From the NCBI GenBank assembly GCA_002269645.1, contig NIVC01001435.1, forward strand, positions 1 to 64,000: a DNA stretch of 64,000 bases. The letters are read 5' to 3'. A model generated the notes under the pieces. It saw only the letters and a list, made by a program, of their open reading frames with translations, was not told the origin of the DNA and searched no databases. This document shows, piece by piece, positions 38,473 through 58,369 of the stretch. This DNA comes from Macrostomum lignano (taxonomy: Eukaryota). How positions within the stretch are numbered: position 1 is the stretch's first letter; every line of letters begins with the position of its first letter. The position numbers and the translations under genes were made by a program.

Positions 38473-38892
38473 CGGATAATTCGACATGTATGATCGAGTC
38501 TATTTACAAAACGCGAATTATCATAGATTATATTGAATTCGTTTAACATTTAATGTACAAAATAGCCTCGAAGCAGACGAACAGAGCAGACTTTACAGGT
38601 GATGCTCCCCGCCATCGACAAACAGCAGCGGACTATGACGCCATTGGTGACGATGGCAAAGAGTCACAATTGAGCAATTTAGCAGGCTTTTTGAGCAGGC
38701 ATTGCTGGTACAGTTTCGCGTAGCTAAAATGTACAAGCAAGAATTTAGCACCAATTTAGGTGCGTCGTCAAAGAAGAAAAAATACAGAAAATAACGCATC
38801 ACATTGAATGAAAGTAAGATTAAAATAACACAACTGATATTTCGTCTTTAAGCTAAGCAGTGGGTGGTACAATCTAGCTTTTTATAGCAGCT

Positions 38893-41178
38893 GCGATGCT
38901 CTCGGTGCACTGCAGGTACTCTGCGATGCTCTCGATGCACTGCAGGTACTCTGCGATGCTCTCGATGCACTGCAGGTACTCTGCGATGCTCTCGATGCAC
39001 TGCAGGTACTCTGCGATGCTCTCGATGCACTGCAGGTACTCTGCGATGCTCTCGGTGCACTGCAGGTACTCTGCGATGCTCTCGATGCACTGCAGGTACT
39101 CTGCGATGCTCTCGATGCACTGCAGGTACTCTGCGATGCTCTCGGTGCACTGCAGGTACTCTGCGATGCTCTCGATGCACTGCAGGTACTCGGTGATGCT
39201 CTCGGTGCACTGCAGGTACTCTGCGATGCTCTCGGTGCACTGCAGGTACTCTGCGATGCTCTCGATGCACTGCAGGTACTCTGCGATGCTCTCGATGCAC
39301 TGCAGGTACTCTGCGATGCTTTAACACTACAGGTACTCTGCGATGCTTAAACACTACAGGTACTCTGCAATGCTTAAACACTACAGGTACTCTGCAATGC
39401 TTAAACACTACAGGTACTCGGTGATGCTTAAACACTACAGGTACTCTGCGATGCTTAAACACTACAGGTACTCTGCGATGCTTAAACACTACAGGTACTC
39501 TGCAATGCTTAAACACTACAGGTACTCTGCAATGCTTAAACACTACAGGTACTCGGTGATGCTTAAACACTACAGGTACTCTGCAATGCTTAAACACTAC
39601 AGGTACTCGGTGATGCTTAAACACTACAGGTACTCTGCAATGCTTAAACACTACAGGTACTCGGTGATGCTTAAACACTACAGGTACTCTGCAATGCTTA
39701 AACACTACAGGTACTCTGCAATGCTTAAACACTACAGGTACTCTGCAATGCTTAAACACTACAGGTACTCTGCAATGCTTAAACACTACAGGTACTCTGC
39801 AATGCTTAAACACTACAGGTACTCTGCAATGCTTAAACACTACAGGTACTCGGTGATGCTTAAACACTACAGGTACTCTGCAATGCTTAAACACTACAGG
39901 TACTCGGTGATGCTTAAACACTACAGGTACTCTGCAATGCTTAAACACTACAGGTACTCTGCAATGCTTAAACACTACAGGTACTCGGTGATGCTTAAAC
40001 ACTACAGGTACTCTGCAATGCTTAAACACTACAGGTACTCGGTGATGCTTAAACACTACAGGTACTCTGCAATGCTTAAACACTACAGGTACTCGGTGAT
40101 GCTTAAACACTACAGGTACTCTGCAATGCTTAAACACTACAGGTACTCGGTGATGCTTAAACACTACAGGTACTCTGCAATGCTTAAACACTACAGGTAC
40201 TCTGCAATGCTTAAACACTACAGGTACTCGGTGATGCTTAAACACTACAGGTACTCTGCAATGCTTAAACACTACAGGTACTCTGCGATGCTTAAACACT
40301 ACAGGTACTCTGCAATGCTTAAACACTACAGGTACTCTGCAATGCTTAAACACTACAGGTACTCTGCAATGCTTAAACACTACAGGTACTCGGTGATGCT
40401 TAAACACTACAGGTACTCTGCAATGCTTAAACACTACAGGTACTCGGTGATGCTTAAACACTACAGGTACTCTGCAATGCTTAAACACTACAGGTACTCT
40501 GCAATGCTTAAACACTACAGGTACTCGGTGATGCTTAAACACTACAGGTACTCTGCAATGCTTAAACACTACAGGTACTCGGTGATGCTTAAACACTACA
40601 GGTACTCTGCAATGCTTAAACACTACAGGTACTCTGCAATGCTTAAACACTACAGGTACTCTGCAATGCTTAAACACTACAGGTACTCGGTGATGCTTAA
40701 ACACTACAGGTACTCTGCAATGCTTAAACACTACAGGTACTCTGCAATGCTTAAACACTACAGGTACTCTGCAATGTTTAAACACTACAGGTACTCTGCA
40801 ATGCTTAAACACTACAGGTACTCTGCAATGCTTAAACACTACAGGTACTCTGCGATGCTTGAACTCTGTGATTCTTTAACACTACAGGTACACTGTGATG
40901 CTTAAACACTACAGGTACTCTGCAATGCTTAAACACTACAGGTACTCTGCAATGTTTAAACACTACAGGTACTCTGCAATGCTTAAACACTACAGGTACT
41001 CTGCAATGCTTAAACACTACAGGTACTCTGCAATGCTTAAACACTACAGGTACTCTGCGATGCTTGAACTCTGTGATTCTTTAACACTACAGGTACACTG
41101 TGATGCTTAAACACTACAGGTACTCTGCAATGCTTAAACACTACGGGTACTCTGCAATGCTTAAACACTACAGGTACT
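38893..41178. repeat. Satellite: 30-bp unit (to ~39320), then 27-bp ATGCTTAAACACTACAGGTACTCTGCA
   Basis: Direct reading; explains ORFs 38848, 38896 and 39343. Confidence 0.96.
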
Positions 41179-41270
41179 GCTGTGGTGCTCTGCGAGCCAA
41201 TCATTTCCCAAGAAAAGTTTTGCCTCTCGGTCGCTAGGTGGTGTTGGTTACTTCAGAATTGGTTTGACCT

Positions 41271-48267
<6,997 letters not shown>

Positions 48268-48339
48268 GGGCTGGCTGGCGTGCCGGCTCTGCAATACAGC
48301 CACTGCTGCTGATTTCTCACAGGAATGGAGTGAGGGGGG

Positions 48340-49062
48340 TGGAAGGAGAGGGAGAGGGATAGAGATGTAGAGGGAAGAGAGGGGGAAAGGAGAGAGGGGG
48401 AGAAGAGAGAGGGGAGAAGAGAGAGGGGAGAAGAGAGAGGGGAGAAGAGAGAGGGGAGAAGAGAGAGGGGAGAAGAAAGAGAGGAGAAAAGATAGGGGAG
48501 AAGAGAGAGGGGAGAAGAGAGAGGGGAGAAGAGAGAGGGGAGAAGAGAGAGGGGAGAAGAGAGAGGGGAGAAGAGAGAGGGGAGAAGAGAGGGGGGAGAA
48601 GAGAGAGGGGAGAAGAGAGAGGGGAGAAGAGAGAGGGGGAGAAGAGAGAGGGGAGAAGAGAGAGGGGAGAAGAAAGAGAGGAGAAAAGATAGGGGAGAAG
48701 AGAGAGGGGAGAAGAGAGAGGGGAGAAGAGAGAGGGGAGAAGAGAGAGGGGAGAAGAGAGAGGGGAGAAGAGAGAGGGGAGAAGAGAGGGGGAGAAGAGA
48801 GAGGGGAGAAGAGAGGGGGAGAAGAGAGAGGGGAGAAGAGAGAGGGGAGAAGAGAGGGGGGAGAAGAGAGAGGGGAGAAGAGAGAGGGGAGAAGAGAGAG
48901 GGGAGAGGGGAGAAGAGAGAGGGAGAAGAGAGAGGGGAGAAGAGAGAGGGGAGAAGAGAGGGGGGAGAAGAGAGAGGGGAGAGAGAGAGAGGGGAGAAGA
49001 GAGAGGGGAGAAGAGAGAGGGGAGAAGAGAGAGGGGAGAAGAGGGGGAGAAGAGAGAAGAGA
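48340..49062. repeat. Near-pure purine 14-bp repeat GAGAAGAGAGAGGG
   Basis: About 720 bp almost devoid of pyrimidines on the + strand. Confidence 0.95.
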
Positions 49063-51014
49063 CCACTGGCAGACATCCGGCAAATGGAATCACATTCGCA
49101 TTGCGTCAGAAACTTGAAAAACATGTATAGATGATGCTGAATCGGGCTCATCTCAACAAAAGCTGCCATTGAACTTTGAGATGAAATTTGTATTTTTGTC
49201 AAAATAACAGCGGTGCGCTGCCCAAGCTGAAACTCAGTGGGCTATTTGAAGGTCTTTTGAAGGATGGATTGAGACCTTAAGTTGCGCTCTGATGGAGCAT
49301 CTCATTGGCAGCCGCATCCACTGCTTGTAAATCATGGTTAGGGGACTATGGCTGCAGTGTAACAAGGCTGCTATAGTGTGAGGCAGCGCCATCAGTTGTC
49401 GGAAGTGCACACGCGGGTTGGCAGTTTGCTGTGCAGTTGAATCAGATTGAAGAAGACTAGCATCGTCTACGCTTAAGGCCAGACATTGTCCTCTCGACAC
49501 ACAACTTGTTTCGTATATCAGTGGCGTTGACTTAATTAAGTAAATGAGTAAGTCTGTACAACGGCCAGTCCCCAATCTCCTTATCTGTACAATTGGAGGT
49601 ACGAGACTGCATAGCGCTGAATGGGATTTTTCCATAGACAAAGGCGGTCGAGAAACATCAGATTTCTCAAGAGCTTACTGAATGCGCTGGCAATATCCTC
49701 AAGTGTGCATCCCTAAAATAACCGAAATTCTTTCAATGACAGAAATCCAGTCAGCTCCTCACCAGCCTGTGCCCGGTTGCCGGGCCCAGCCTCCCTGCTG
49801 CCGCCTCATCTGGAGCCAGGCGTAGCGGCCAACCAGCCGGCCGGCGCGAAGTCGACATGGCCCGGATCAGGGCGGGCGGATCTGCGACCTGCGGGCAGGA
49901 GACAAAGTGTGCAGTCTGAGTTTTATTGTATGGCTGCAATGATCCCCGTAGGGAATCAACTGCCCTGGGATTGCATTTCCCAGGCAAGCCCCTTGAGTCT
50001 TGAATGTCCTACCTTGGAGAATTTTGCAATGAAGAGAGCTTAGCTGCTATATAGAATATCTTGATAAGCTGAGCAGTCTGTATGAGAAATAGAATATACT
50101 GCCTTTGTTGTGAACCAGTTAAATAGTCGGGGGGAGTCCAGTGACATCACGGCGGCGCATCCGCTTCTCAACTAACAACCTCCCCCCTTCTCTCTTGGGA
50201 CTGCTCATCCAATGTCGCCAAAAAAGGATGGAGAACACACACTTTACAACAGGCCTGGCCTGGTAAGCGCAAACCAGCAGCCCAACTGCAACTCCCGGCT
50301 ACAACCATACCGCTGTACGCCCCGCTGCACAATGTTAAACCTAAGATCATTCCTTAAGGCTTGATTCTCGTCCCCGAAAATGGGAACAATGACAATCGGG
50401 GAAATTGTGGAAATCGTGGAAAGAGAAAGTTCTGTCTAGCCCGCAATTAACTATGCAGCAATCGCGGGGCTGTCGGTGCCCTATAGTTTACAGTATTGTT
50501 CACGGTTGGAACACCGCGATAAGGTAGGCATTACACGCCCACTCGATGTAGCCAAGCGTGCGAATATCCCACTTGATTTATTGAGTAACCAGCCAAGTGG
50601 GGGTCACTCAGTTCAAAGTTCTCTCTACCGTGAGGGGGCGAGAGCGAGGCGGTGGCTGCCCCTTGGTAACAGTGGGACGCGATCATAGACACAACTATTG
50701 TATAATTTACATGTAAAACACGGAGACTTTGCTGTGAAACCAACGGACCTGCTTTTATTTCAACTGTCCAGCTTTTAAGCTAGGTGCAGTGCCAGTCAGT
50801 CTCGGTCTTTGTGTTATTGTTGTTTAAACTTTAAATCGGGTCCTATTGAAATAAGAGTAACAGCAGTATCACTTGCAGAGTAAGGCGCTTTCGAAAAGAT
50901 GCATACTAGCGTTGCCACCGCCACTTGACTGACGCAGTTTTATTTTAATTTTGACATTCCATTATCAAAATTTTGAGCTCTTACTTCGTTGCTCAACAAA
51001 AAAGGCTTTTTGAT

Positions 51015-51298
51015 TACACCTGACCCAATGGGCAGATGTGCAACCGACAGCTCAGCCGCAGCTATTGCGCGGCGCATCTGAAGGCTGCGTACGGCTGTTC
51101 AGTCGATCCGAGGACTGGCGGGTCGCCACACACACCCTCAATTACCCCAGCTAATGACACCAATTTTACAGCTGGGTGAGCTGAAGCAACGCAGAGCTGA
51201 GTCTTGCTCAAGGACACAAATTGTTCCGAGTGGATCGAGAATCGAACCCCCGACCTTTCAGTCGTGAGTCGCAAGCTAACCATTAGGCTAAAACCCCT
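51015..51298 (-). mobile_element. tRNA-derived CORE-type SINE, full length
   Basis: Same family as the 16342 and 17630 copies. Confidence 0.85.
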
Positions 51299-54273
51299 AT
51301 AGGCTGTGTCTATTTAAATCCGATTCACTCAGTCATTGATTACGGCTAGGCACCAGCACCAAGTGGCGCCAGATGTGTCCGCGGACGGAATCGAACCAGA
51401 GGTCGAGGTGCGAGAATTAGATGCGTTTACCGCTGAGCTGCTCTGCCCCAAAGTCGGCGCCACAGTTTATGCTTACTGGGTGGGGGTCCTTTGCCCGCCC
51501 CCCTCCTGCTACGCCCAAGTATTCATAATTTAAGCTCACCTGCTGCTGGTTTCTCCTTGACTGCCGATACGCGCTAACAAACAGGGACATCTCCTTGAAG
51601 TTATTTCCCGCTTTTTTGCAGGCGCTACCGAAATCGAATCAATTTGGAACTTCTGCTGCAGGGCCGCTGTTTTGTTAAATAGTGTAGCGCGCTCCGCTTG
51701 GTTGTTTGCCGCCTCAATCTTTATACAATCCAGGCTTTTTGTCTCAAGTCTGCGGCTCATAGGCTCTTAGCTTCAGTCTGGACATTGTTTACTCGGCAAT
51801 CTAACTGTCTAGCTTGGAATTAAGCCGCAGCACAAACCATTGCAGATAGAAAATTTAGGGTCTTTTACACACTTACACCTTGAAAATGCAGCCTTATAAT
51901 TTAGTTTTTTCTATGCTGTGCGCCTTACCCATCCAGCAAACGCAGAGGCAAATTCGAAGTGCCAGTTAGCACGGCTGTCTGCGAATAAGAGAACAAATGA
52001 GCGTAAAATGAGTGTATAATATTACGAGGGTAACGGAAGTTCGACCTTCAAATAGTTCTACTGTTTAGGATGCCAAGGGCCACCGTCATAAGCGATACAC
52101 CTTTTCCTTCGTCACTGATTTCTTCTTCATCTCCTGCTTCTTCAAACATTTCCCCGTCGCTCATCCTTCTTCTTATTGGTACGGTATTATCTTTTCAAAA
52201 TGAATTCTCCCGTACATGAAACAAAATTATGTCTTCTGGAAGCAAACTTAAAGGAGAGCACTCAGTTTAGAGGGATGCTATAGAGAGCCTCAGACAGTTA
52301 CAGTTTTTGTTGTTAGTTTGAGAGGGGCTACTGAAGATACTGAAGATTTACTGAAGAAAAAACAGCGCGCCAAAAATGTTGTGTTGAAATTTAATGCAGC
52401 ATGCCTGAATTGAATGGGAAGTCTGCATGCAGGAGCAAGTTTTGTCCATAGACAAATTAGTATAGCACCCTTACTATGGTATGAAACAGAATATCCGATT
52501 GCCGAGATTGAATGCCGCTTGACGAATTGGAATGACGGTTGAAGTAGCTAAATATAGAATGATGAAATTGAATGTCAGCTTGCCGAAATAGAATGGGAGT
52601 TTTGTTGAAATTGAACGGTAAAGGTGTATAAAAGGTGTGTCAGGCTGCTAATTAGGTGTCGGAGGCCTTTAATGGGTTGCGATTTCGTTGGGTCGGTTGT
52701 AGGTCGGGAGCCGGTATATCGTGTGCATGTACTGTACTGCGCCAAGCGTAAAGGCGTAAAGGACAACTCGTCGAGCTCGAAGAATCCAAGAAGATGATTC
52801 AGAGAGAAGCTGAGAGCCATATGCGGACGGGTGAGGATGAGAAACTGGGAACTGGATGGAAAAGGGAGAGCTACATCCCAGTCCCAGCACTCTTCCTTAA
52901 TACAACTGCGTACGTAGAAGTACGTAGAAAAAACCCGGTCCCGGTTGACCATGCAGCCTAAACGTGCAGGTGATGATGTGCAACACGAGCTAAAGGGCTG
53001 CACTAATTATGAACTGATTTATAGTAAAAAAAATGCATTTTAAATGGATAATAGGTTTAAAAAATAAGATAGGGAAAGACAAAAAAGGTTGTTGCGGAAA
53101 GGAGCGATACAAATTTGTATGGACTGCCTTCATTATATATATGACTCATGTTTTATGACAGAAAAATTATATAAATAGGACGATTAAAATTAATAGTTGT
53201 AGACACAGATTTTTTATTTTTTCGTTTATATTGATGCGAAATATACACGAAATTACTACATATTTGTATTATATTTTTAATTTCAGTGAAACTATTTATT
53301 TATCACTATTTAAAAGTACTGTGTACATACTAGCATTTTTCGGAGTTCCTTTGCAATTATTCAGTATAATGTGCATATACTATATGTGCATATGCTATTT
53401 AAGCGGTGCATTTATCTACTGTTTATACTTTGTATTTAGCATGTTCGTTATCTTTAAATTTTCGTGTTTAAAATTTTTAGAGCAATTTTTTTCTACCGGG
53501 TTAGAAAGCACGAACTGAAACACCTACGAAAGTTATAACAAAAACAACGACTAATAAACTTATTAAAGCATATTGTATATAAAGTACCTGCATAAATGTT
53601 GTTCTTATGCAACTTTATTCAAAAAATTAAACTTTGTTAGTAAATTTCGATCGCGGTATCTACTATAAATATTTCACCTCTTTCGCTTTATGCTAATTTT
53701 AAGATTTGAGCAATTCAAGAGCTTTGATGAGAGCGCGTGACACAGCACCAATAAAACAACTCAAAGAAGTGTATGTAGACAGTGATAAAAAATCATCAGA
53801 AACTTTACATTTCTTGGAAACTATAGTGCTTCATTACTAAATTTAAATGGTGAGCCTAATGAAGAATTGATTTGATTTTATTGTGTAATTCCGAACATTT
53901 TTTTGTCTAAAAAATTAATAGAATAAATGTTTTTTATGGATATACAACTGGAGTAAAAACTTGTTTTTAAGCAAATTTTTTTATATATCAGCAATGAAAA
54001 TATAAATGAAAATTTTAAGTCTCAAGTTTCAATTGAACATTTTTGAAAATGTTTCTAGTCGTAGTTTCTCTTTTTCGGAAAATATTGAGATAAATTTTAC
54101 CGTAAGTAAACTCAATTCAAACGAAATGAAAGATTTCAAATTAAAACGAAATGAAAGAATAGTTAAAAAATATTTTTTAAAGTTTTTCTCATCTACACCA
54201 TGACAAGTTTTTAATGCCAAGTTAAAGGCAGTATAGCAGAATGTGTTTGTTAAATATAAAATTATTTTTTTAG

Positions 54274-55763
54274 TATAACTTTTTCGACGGACATGAGCCA
54301 ATTTTCCAATTTATCAATCGCCAATTCACCTCTCAACGCTCCTCCCATCAGCAGCAACAGCGGCATCACTGGCCACCCGACGAGTTTCGCGTGATCGAGT
54401 TGCATCACATGAAGCTCGGCCACTTCCTGGCCTACAACTGCTTGGGCAACGCGGCGATGCACGCGGCGCTGTATCCGCTGGCCCTGGCGCGCACTCGGAT
54501 CACTGCGCAGCCCGGCCGGCTGGAGTACAGCGGCTTCGCGCACTGCCTGCGATCCGTGCTAGCCCACGAGGGCCTGCGCGGCCTCTACGCCGGAGCGTGG
54601 ACGCGCGCTGCTCACGTGATCAACGCCGCTTTAGTTGGGGTCACCTACGAGACGGTGCGCGCCTCGGCAGAGCCGCTGCCAGCGCCGGCGCGTGGTGCCG
54701 TTGCCGGCGGATGCGCCGCGCTCGCCTCCCAAGCGCTGCTGGTGCCCGCCGACGTGGTCACCCAGCACATCATGCTGCTGCCCATGGCGCGGCTCAGTCC
54801 CGTGGCCGCCACGGTTGCCATGGCGCCCGGGGCCGGCTGGCTAGGCCAGGCAGGAGCTGTGATTCGCTGGATCCGACGGAGGCACGGGCTGGCGGGCTTC
54901 TACAAGGTGAGGCCGATCACCAAGCTGACACACTTTTGTGAGCAGTTCAATTGCAACTCGGATTTTGCAAAGTAAACGGAATTAAGCTAGTCTTTGAAAC
55001 GTTTGAATACATGTAATTTATCAATCTTTACGCTCACACGTCCAAAGACCATGAGTTCGATTCCGCGCACTGCCAAAGTAGCTTGAGGCTCGTGCAAGGA
55101 AATAAGTCGATGGGGACTGGACGCTCCTTGTCGTGCGATTCACACCCATGAGGGCCAACTCCTTTAAAGCAAAGAGTGCGCGGATGTCCTTGAACACGTC
55201 AATGTTGCATAATTGAAGGTCGTACACCACGTATGCCCCTGTGCGCTTGCGTGCTCAAGGTTCAGCTGAATGGGCATGTCTGCTATAAAATACGAGTTTA
55301 TCTCAGAAAACTCTGGCTGAGGCAACTCGATTTTGCATCTACATGTAACTCCTCGCCTGTCCATCCCCAGGGAGGTCTGTGGTCGCTAGTGCTGTTCCTG
55401 CCCAACTCGGCGGCCATGTGGTCCGCCTATAGCGCCTACTGCGACTGGCTCTACCGCTGGCTCGATTCGCCTCCTCGACTGGCCGTCCAGCTCACCGCGG
55501 CACCGCTGGCAGGCGCCACGGCCGGTCTGCTGACCAACCCCATCGATGTCCTGCGCCTCCGCGTCATGCTGCAGGCCGACCGCGGTGCCGGCGCTAGGGA
55601 CGCACTGCGTCGACTCTGGGCCGAGGAGGGACCGGCCTGGCTGGCCAAGGGCCTGAGCGCCCGCCTGGCGCAGTCAGCTCTGTTTAGCTTCCTGTTTGTA
55701 CTTTATTATGAGCCGGCTAAGCGGCTGGCGCTAAAAGACGAATTCAAAGGCGCCCTGCTTTGA
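54274..55763 (+). CDS. SLC25A44: SLC25A44-like mitochondrial carrier, 2 exons, start codon unresolved
   Basis: Exons 54274-54906 and 55371-55763, phase 0 GT-AG. IELHHM..F...LYPLALARTR, EGLRGLY, LLVPADVVTQH, GFYKG, LPNSA and TNPIDVLR match the human SLC25A44 pattern (IEWEHL, YPFTLIRTR, VPIDVVSQH, IPNSA). Confidence 0.88.
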
Positions 55764-55871
55764 CCACCGAGTCTATTCGTAATGTCTCTAAGTCGATGGA
55801 CTTCGATCCCCGCGGTTGAAATCTGTACCACAATCGTCTCATGTGACCAGACTTGTTTCCATCCAAACCAA

Positions 55872-56100
55872 AGTGACGTCATCCGATCTGACCTTTGTCC
55901 GTATTAACCCGGTCTGACGTCATCCGATCTGACCTTTGACCGCATTTAACCTGGTCTGACGTCATCCAGTCTGACCTTTGACCGCATTTAACCCGGTCTG
56001 ACACAATCCGATCTGAACTTTGACCGTAACCTGGTCTGACGTCATCCGATCTGACCTTTGACCGTATTTAACCTGGTCTGACGTCATCCGATCTGACCTT
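55872..56100. repeat. ~40-bp repeat CTGGTCTGACGTCATCCGATCTGACCTTTGACCGCATTTAA
   Basis: About 5-6 copies, 110 nt after the carrier stop codon. Confidence 0.85.
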
Positions 56101-57097
56101 GAACTTAATTAAGCGGAGTGACTCGTTAAAGCTACTGTTTCATCTTTGCGTCTTCTTACACAACTCTTACTCAAGTATGCTTCACTTGAGCAGTTTTGCT
56201 GTGCCCGCTCTGTTGCTTGCTCGTAAGTTTGATTTTCGTGCTGAATAATTTTGTTATTCAGACGTCAACTTGCGCTACTTACAAGCGATAGTCCACTCTG
56301 GCCACGCTGAACCCCCTGACCCGATCCAAGGTACAGAAAGCACGAGGTAGACTCGACTGATAAAGTATCGACTGACTTTAATTGCACTGACAGTTTATTA
56401 AGAATTGTAGTTGTTATTGGATATTACCAGATTCCTATATTCAGATGAATTCTAAAACACCACCTACAGGTTAACTGCTTGCTTTATGCGCTTGTATTTG
56501 CATTTAAAATACACGTACGAGTAATACTGTTAAATTGTTTGCCACTAAGAGTAACTTCTTTCAAACTCAAATTATCATTATATTCAATTGAAAACCCGAA
56601 ATTCAAGTACATCATGGACTTCAATGGTTTACCTTCGTCAGTCAAGTGTAGCCACAGATTCTATATTACCTAGATGTGCCACTCCAGCGGCCGTCTCCGA
56701 GGCCCCCGTGGCCCGGAGGCAGCAGCAGCTAGTCAATAGAGCCAATCAAGTGGAAAATTCCATACAGAATCAGTGCCAAATGTCAGAAATGAAGCTTTGT
56801 GGCCAGCATAATTAATTGTCTTTCAACCAGAGAGAAGAGCTCTGAATATCGCCGTACCAACTAAGCCAGATCTTGTTTAACTCGGAAAAAAAACCGGCAT
56901 CAGATCGGATTTTCCGAGTCTATTTTTAGAAACACGTCAATGTTGCACGCACTGTGCACGTGGGACTGGGTGAGAATTCAAGCAGGCCAAAAATAACAGC
57001 ACCCACTCATTTCACTCGTGTCCGCACAGACACTACTGCCCAATTGATAGTTAGTCTACTGTACTGCATTGCTATTGTGAAGTTTCAAAGGATCGGA

Positions 57098-57160
57098 GGG
57101 CCGGATAGAGAGGCTTTGCGGGCCGCATGTGGCCCACGGACCGGAGTTCGCTGAGCCCTG
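57098..57160 (-). mobile_element. Terminal remnant of a hAT (Charlie-like) non-autonomous element
   Basis: Minus strand CAGGGCTCAGCGAACTCCGGTCCGTGGGCCACATGCGGCCCGC resembles CAGGGGTCGGCAAACTACGGCCCGCGGGCC-type hAT termini; the other end was not found. Confidence 0.45.
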
Positions 57161-58369
57161 CCTTAGGCTGATAAATAAGGACAAAGATGTTGGGGATAAA
57201 TAACCTACAATGTTGTGCAGTTCACTGAACGCTTGCTAAAAGCAATCAAAAGCAAGTTAATCTCTTTAGTTTAGTATATTTGGCAATTTCCAAAAAACAC
57301 CTGTTGTCAGACAAGGTTATAAGGGTGAGAGCTAGCCACTGTCTCACAGCATCTGCTTGGCAAATTGAAGCATTTAGAGCACTCTCTGCATAGCACCAAC
57401 CTACTCGGACAGGCTATAAAACAGTTTCTAAAAAATGATAGATAAAGCAATTACCCTATATACATACTACTACCGACACGAGCATATCCAGTAGTACCAA
57501 CAGTATATTCCCTAGTAATTTTTAGAAAATAAAAAAATGGCTAATGCAATAGATAAAACTGCTGCAACATACAGTGTTGTAAACATTATAAAATGATGAA
57601 CGATTTGTAATTGGCATCGGAAGAAGCAAATGTAGTCACATGTAGAAGAAACACAGCTGGAAGAGATCAACACAGCAGACTAAGCCAAATTCTAAGCTAG
57701 CCAAAAATGGCTGTCACATTTTTTCAAAACAGACCTCTAAATAAAAATGTTTATTCCCATTCATCATAATCATCATGATCACAAAAATCCTACTCAAAAC
57801 ACAATGTTATTGGTCTCGAATCTTGGTCATTCCGCTGACTACCACGCACTCATGCACACGCTCACACAGGGTGTACATCGGCCCTGACTGTCTAATCGCC
57901 AGGCATGTACACTCTGTGCCTTGGGGGCTGGCTCTCATGGGTGTGAATCCCAGGACAACCGCATGGCCGATTTTCACGCACAAGCCCCAAATGCATGCGG
58001 TTGCGCAAGTCTTCTATTATCTATCTGTGGCGCTCGGTTTTCCACTTCTATCAGCTGCTAATTTTAAACTGGATGATCCAAGCTAAACACAGTAGAGTGC
58101 AGTTACCAAGACAACTTAAGTAGAATAATGGGAAACAACTTGATTTCTTAGAAAATCTTTGGGGACTGGCTTACTTTGTTGATATGGGCCTTTCTCAAAT
58201 AATATTAACCTCAAAGTGCTCAAAGACCGCGAGAAGCAATTAGAAATCTTTCGCGACCGACACCACACCTCAGATGAAATCCTGGCTACGCCATCGGCCT
58301 TCAAAAGATTTTCTTCTAAGAAACGCGGAGAGTTTCCCGTCCAAATCTACCTAATTAGCCGTCCTTGAT

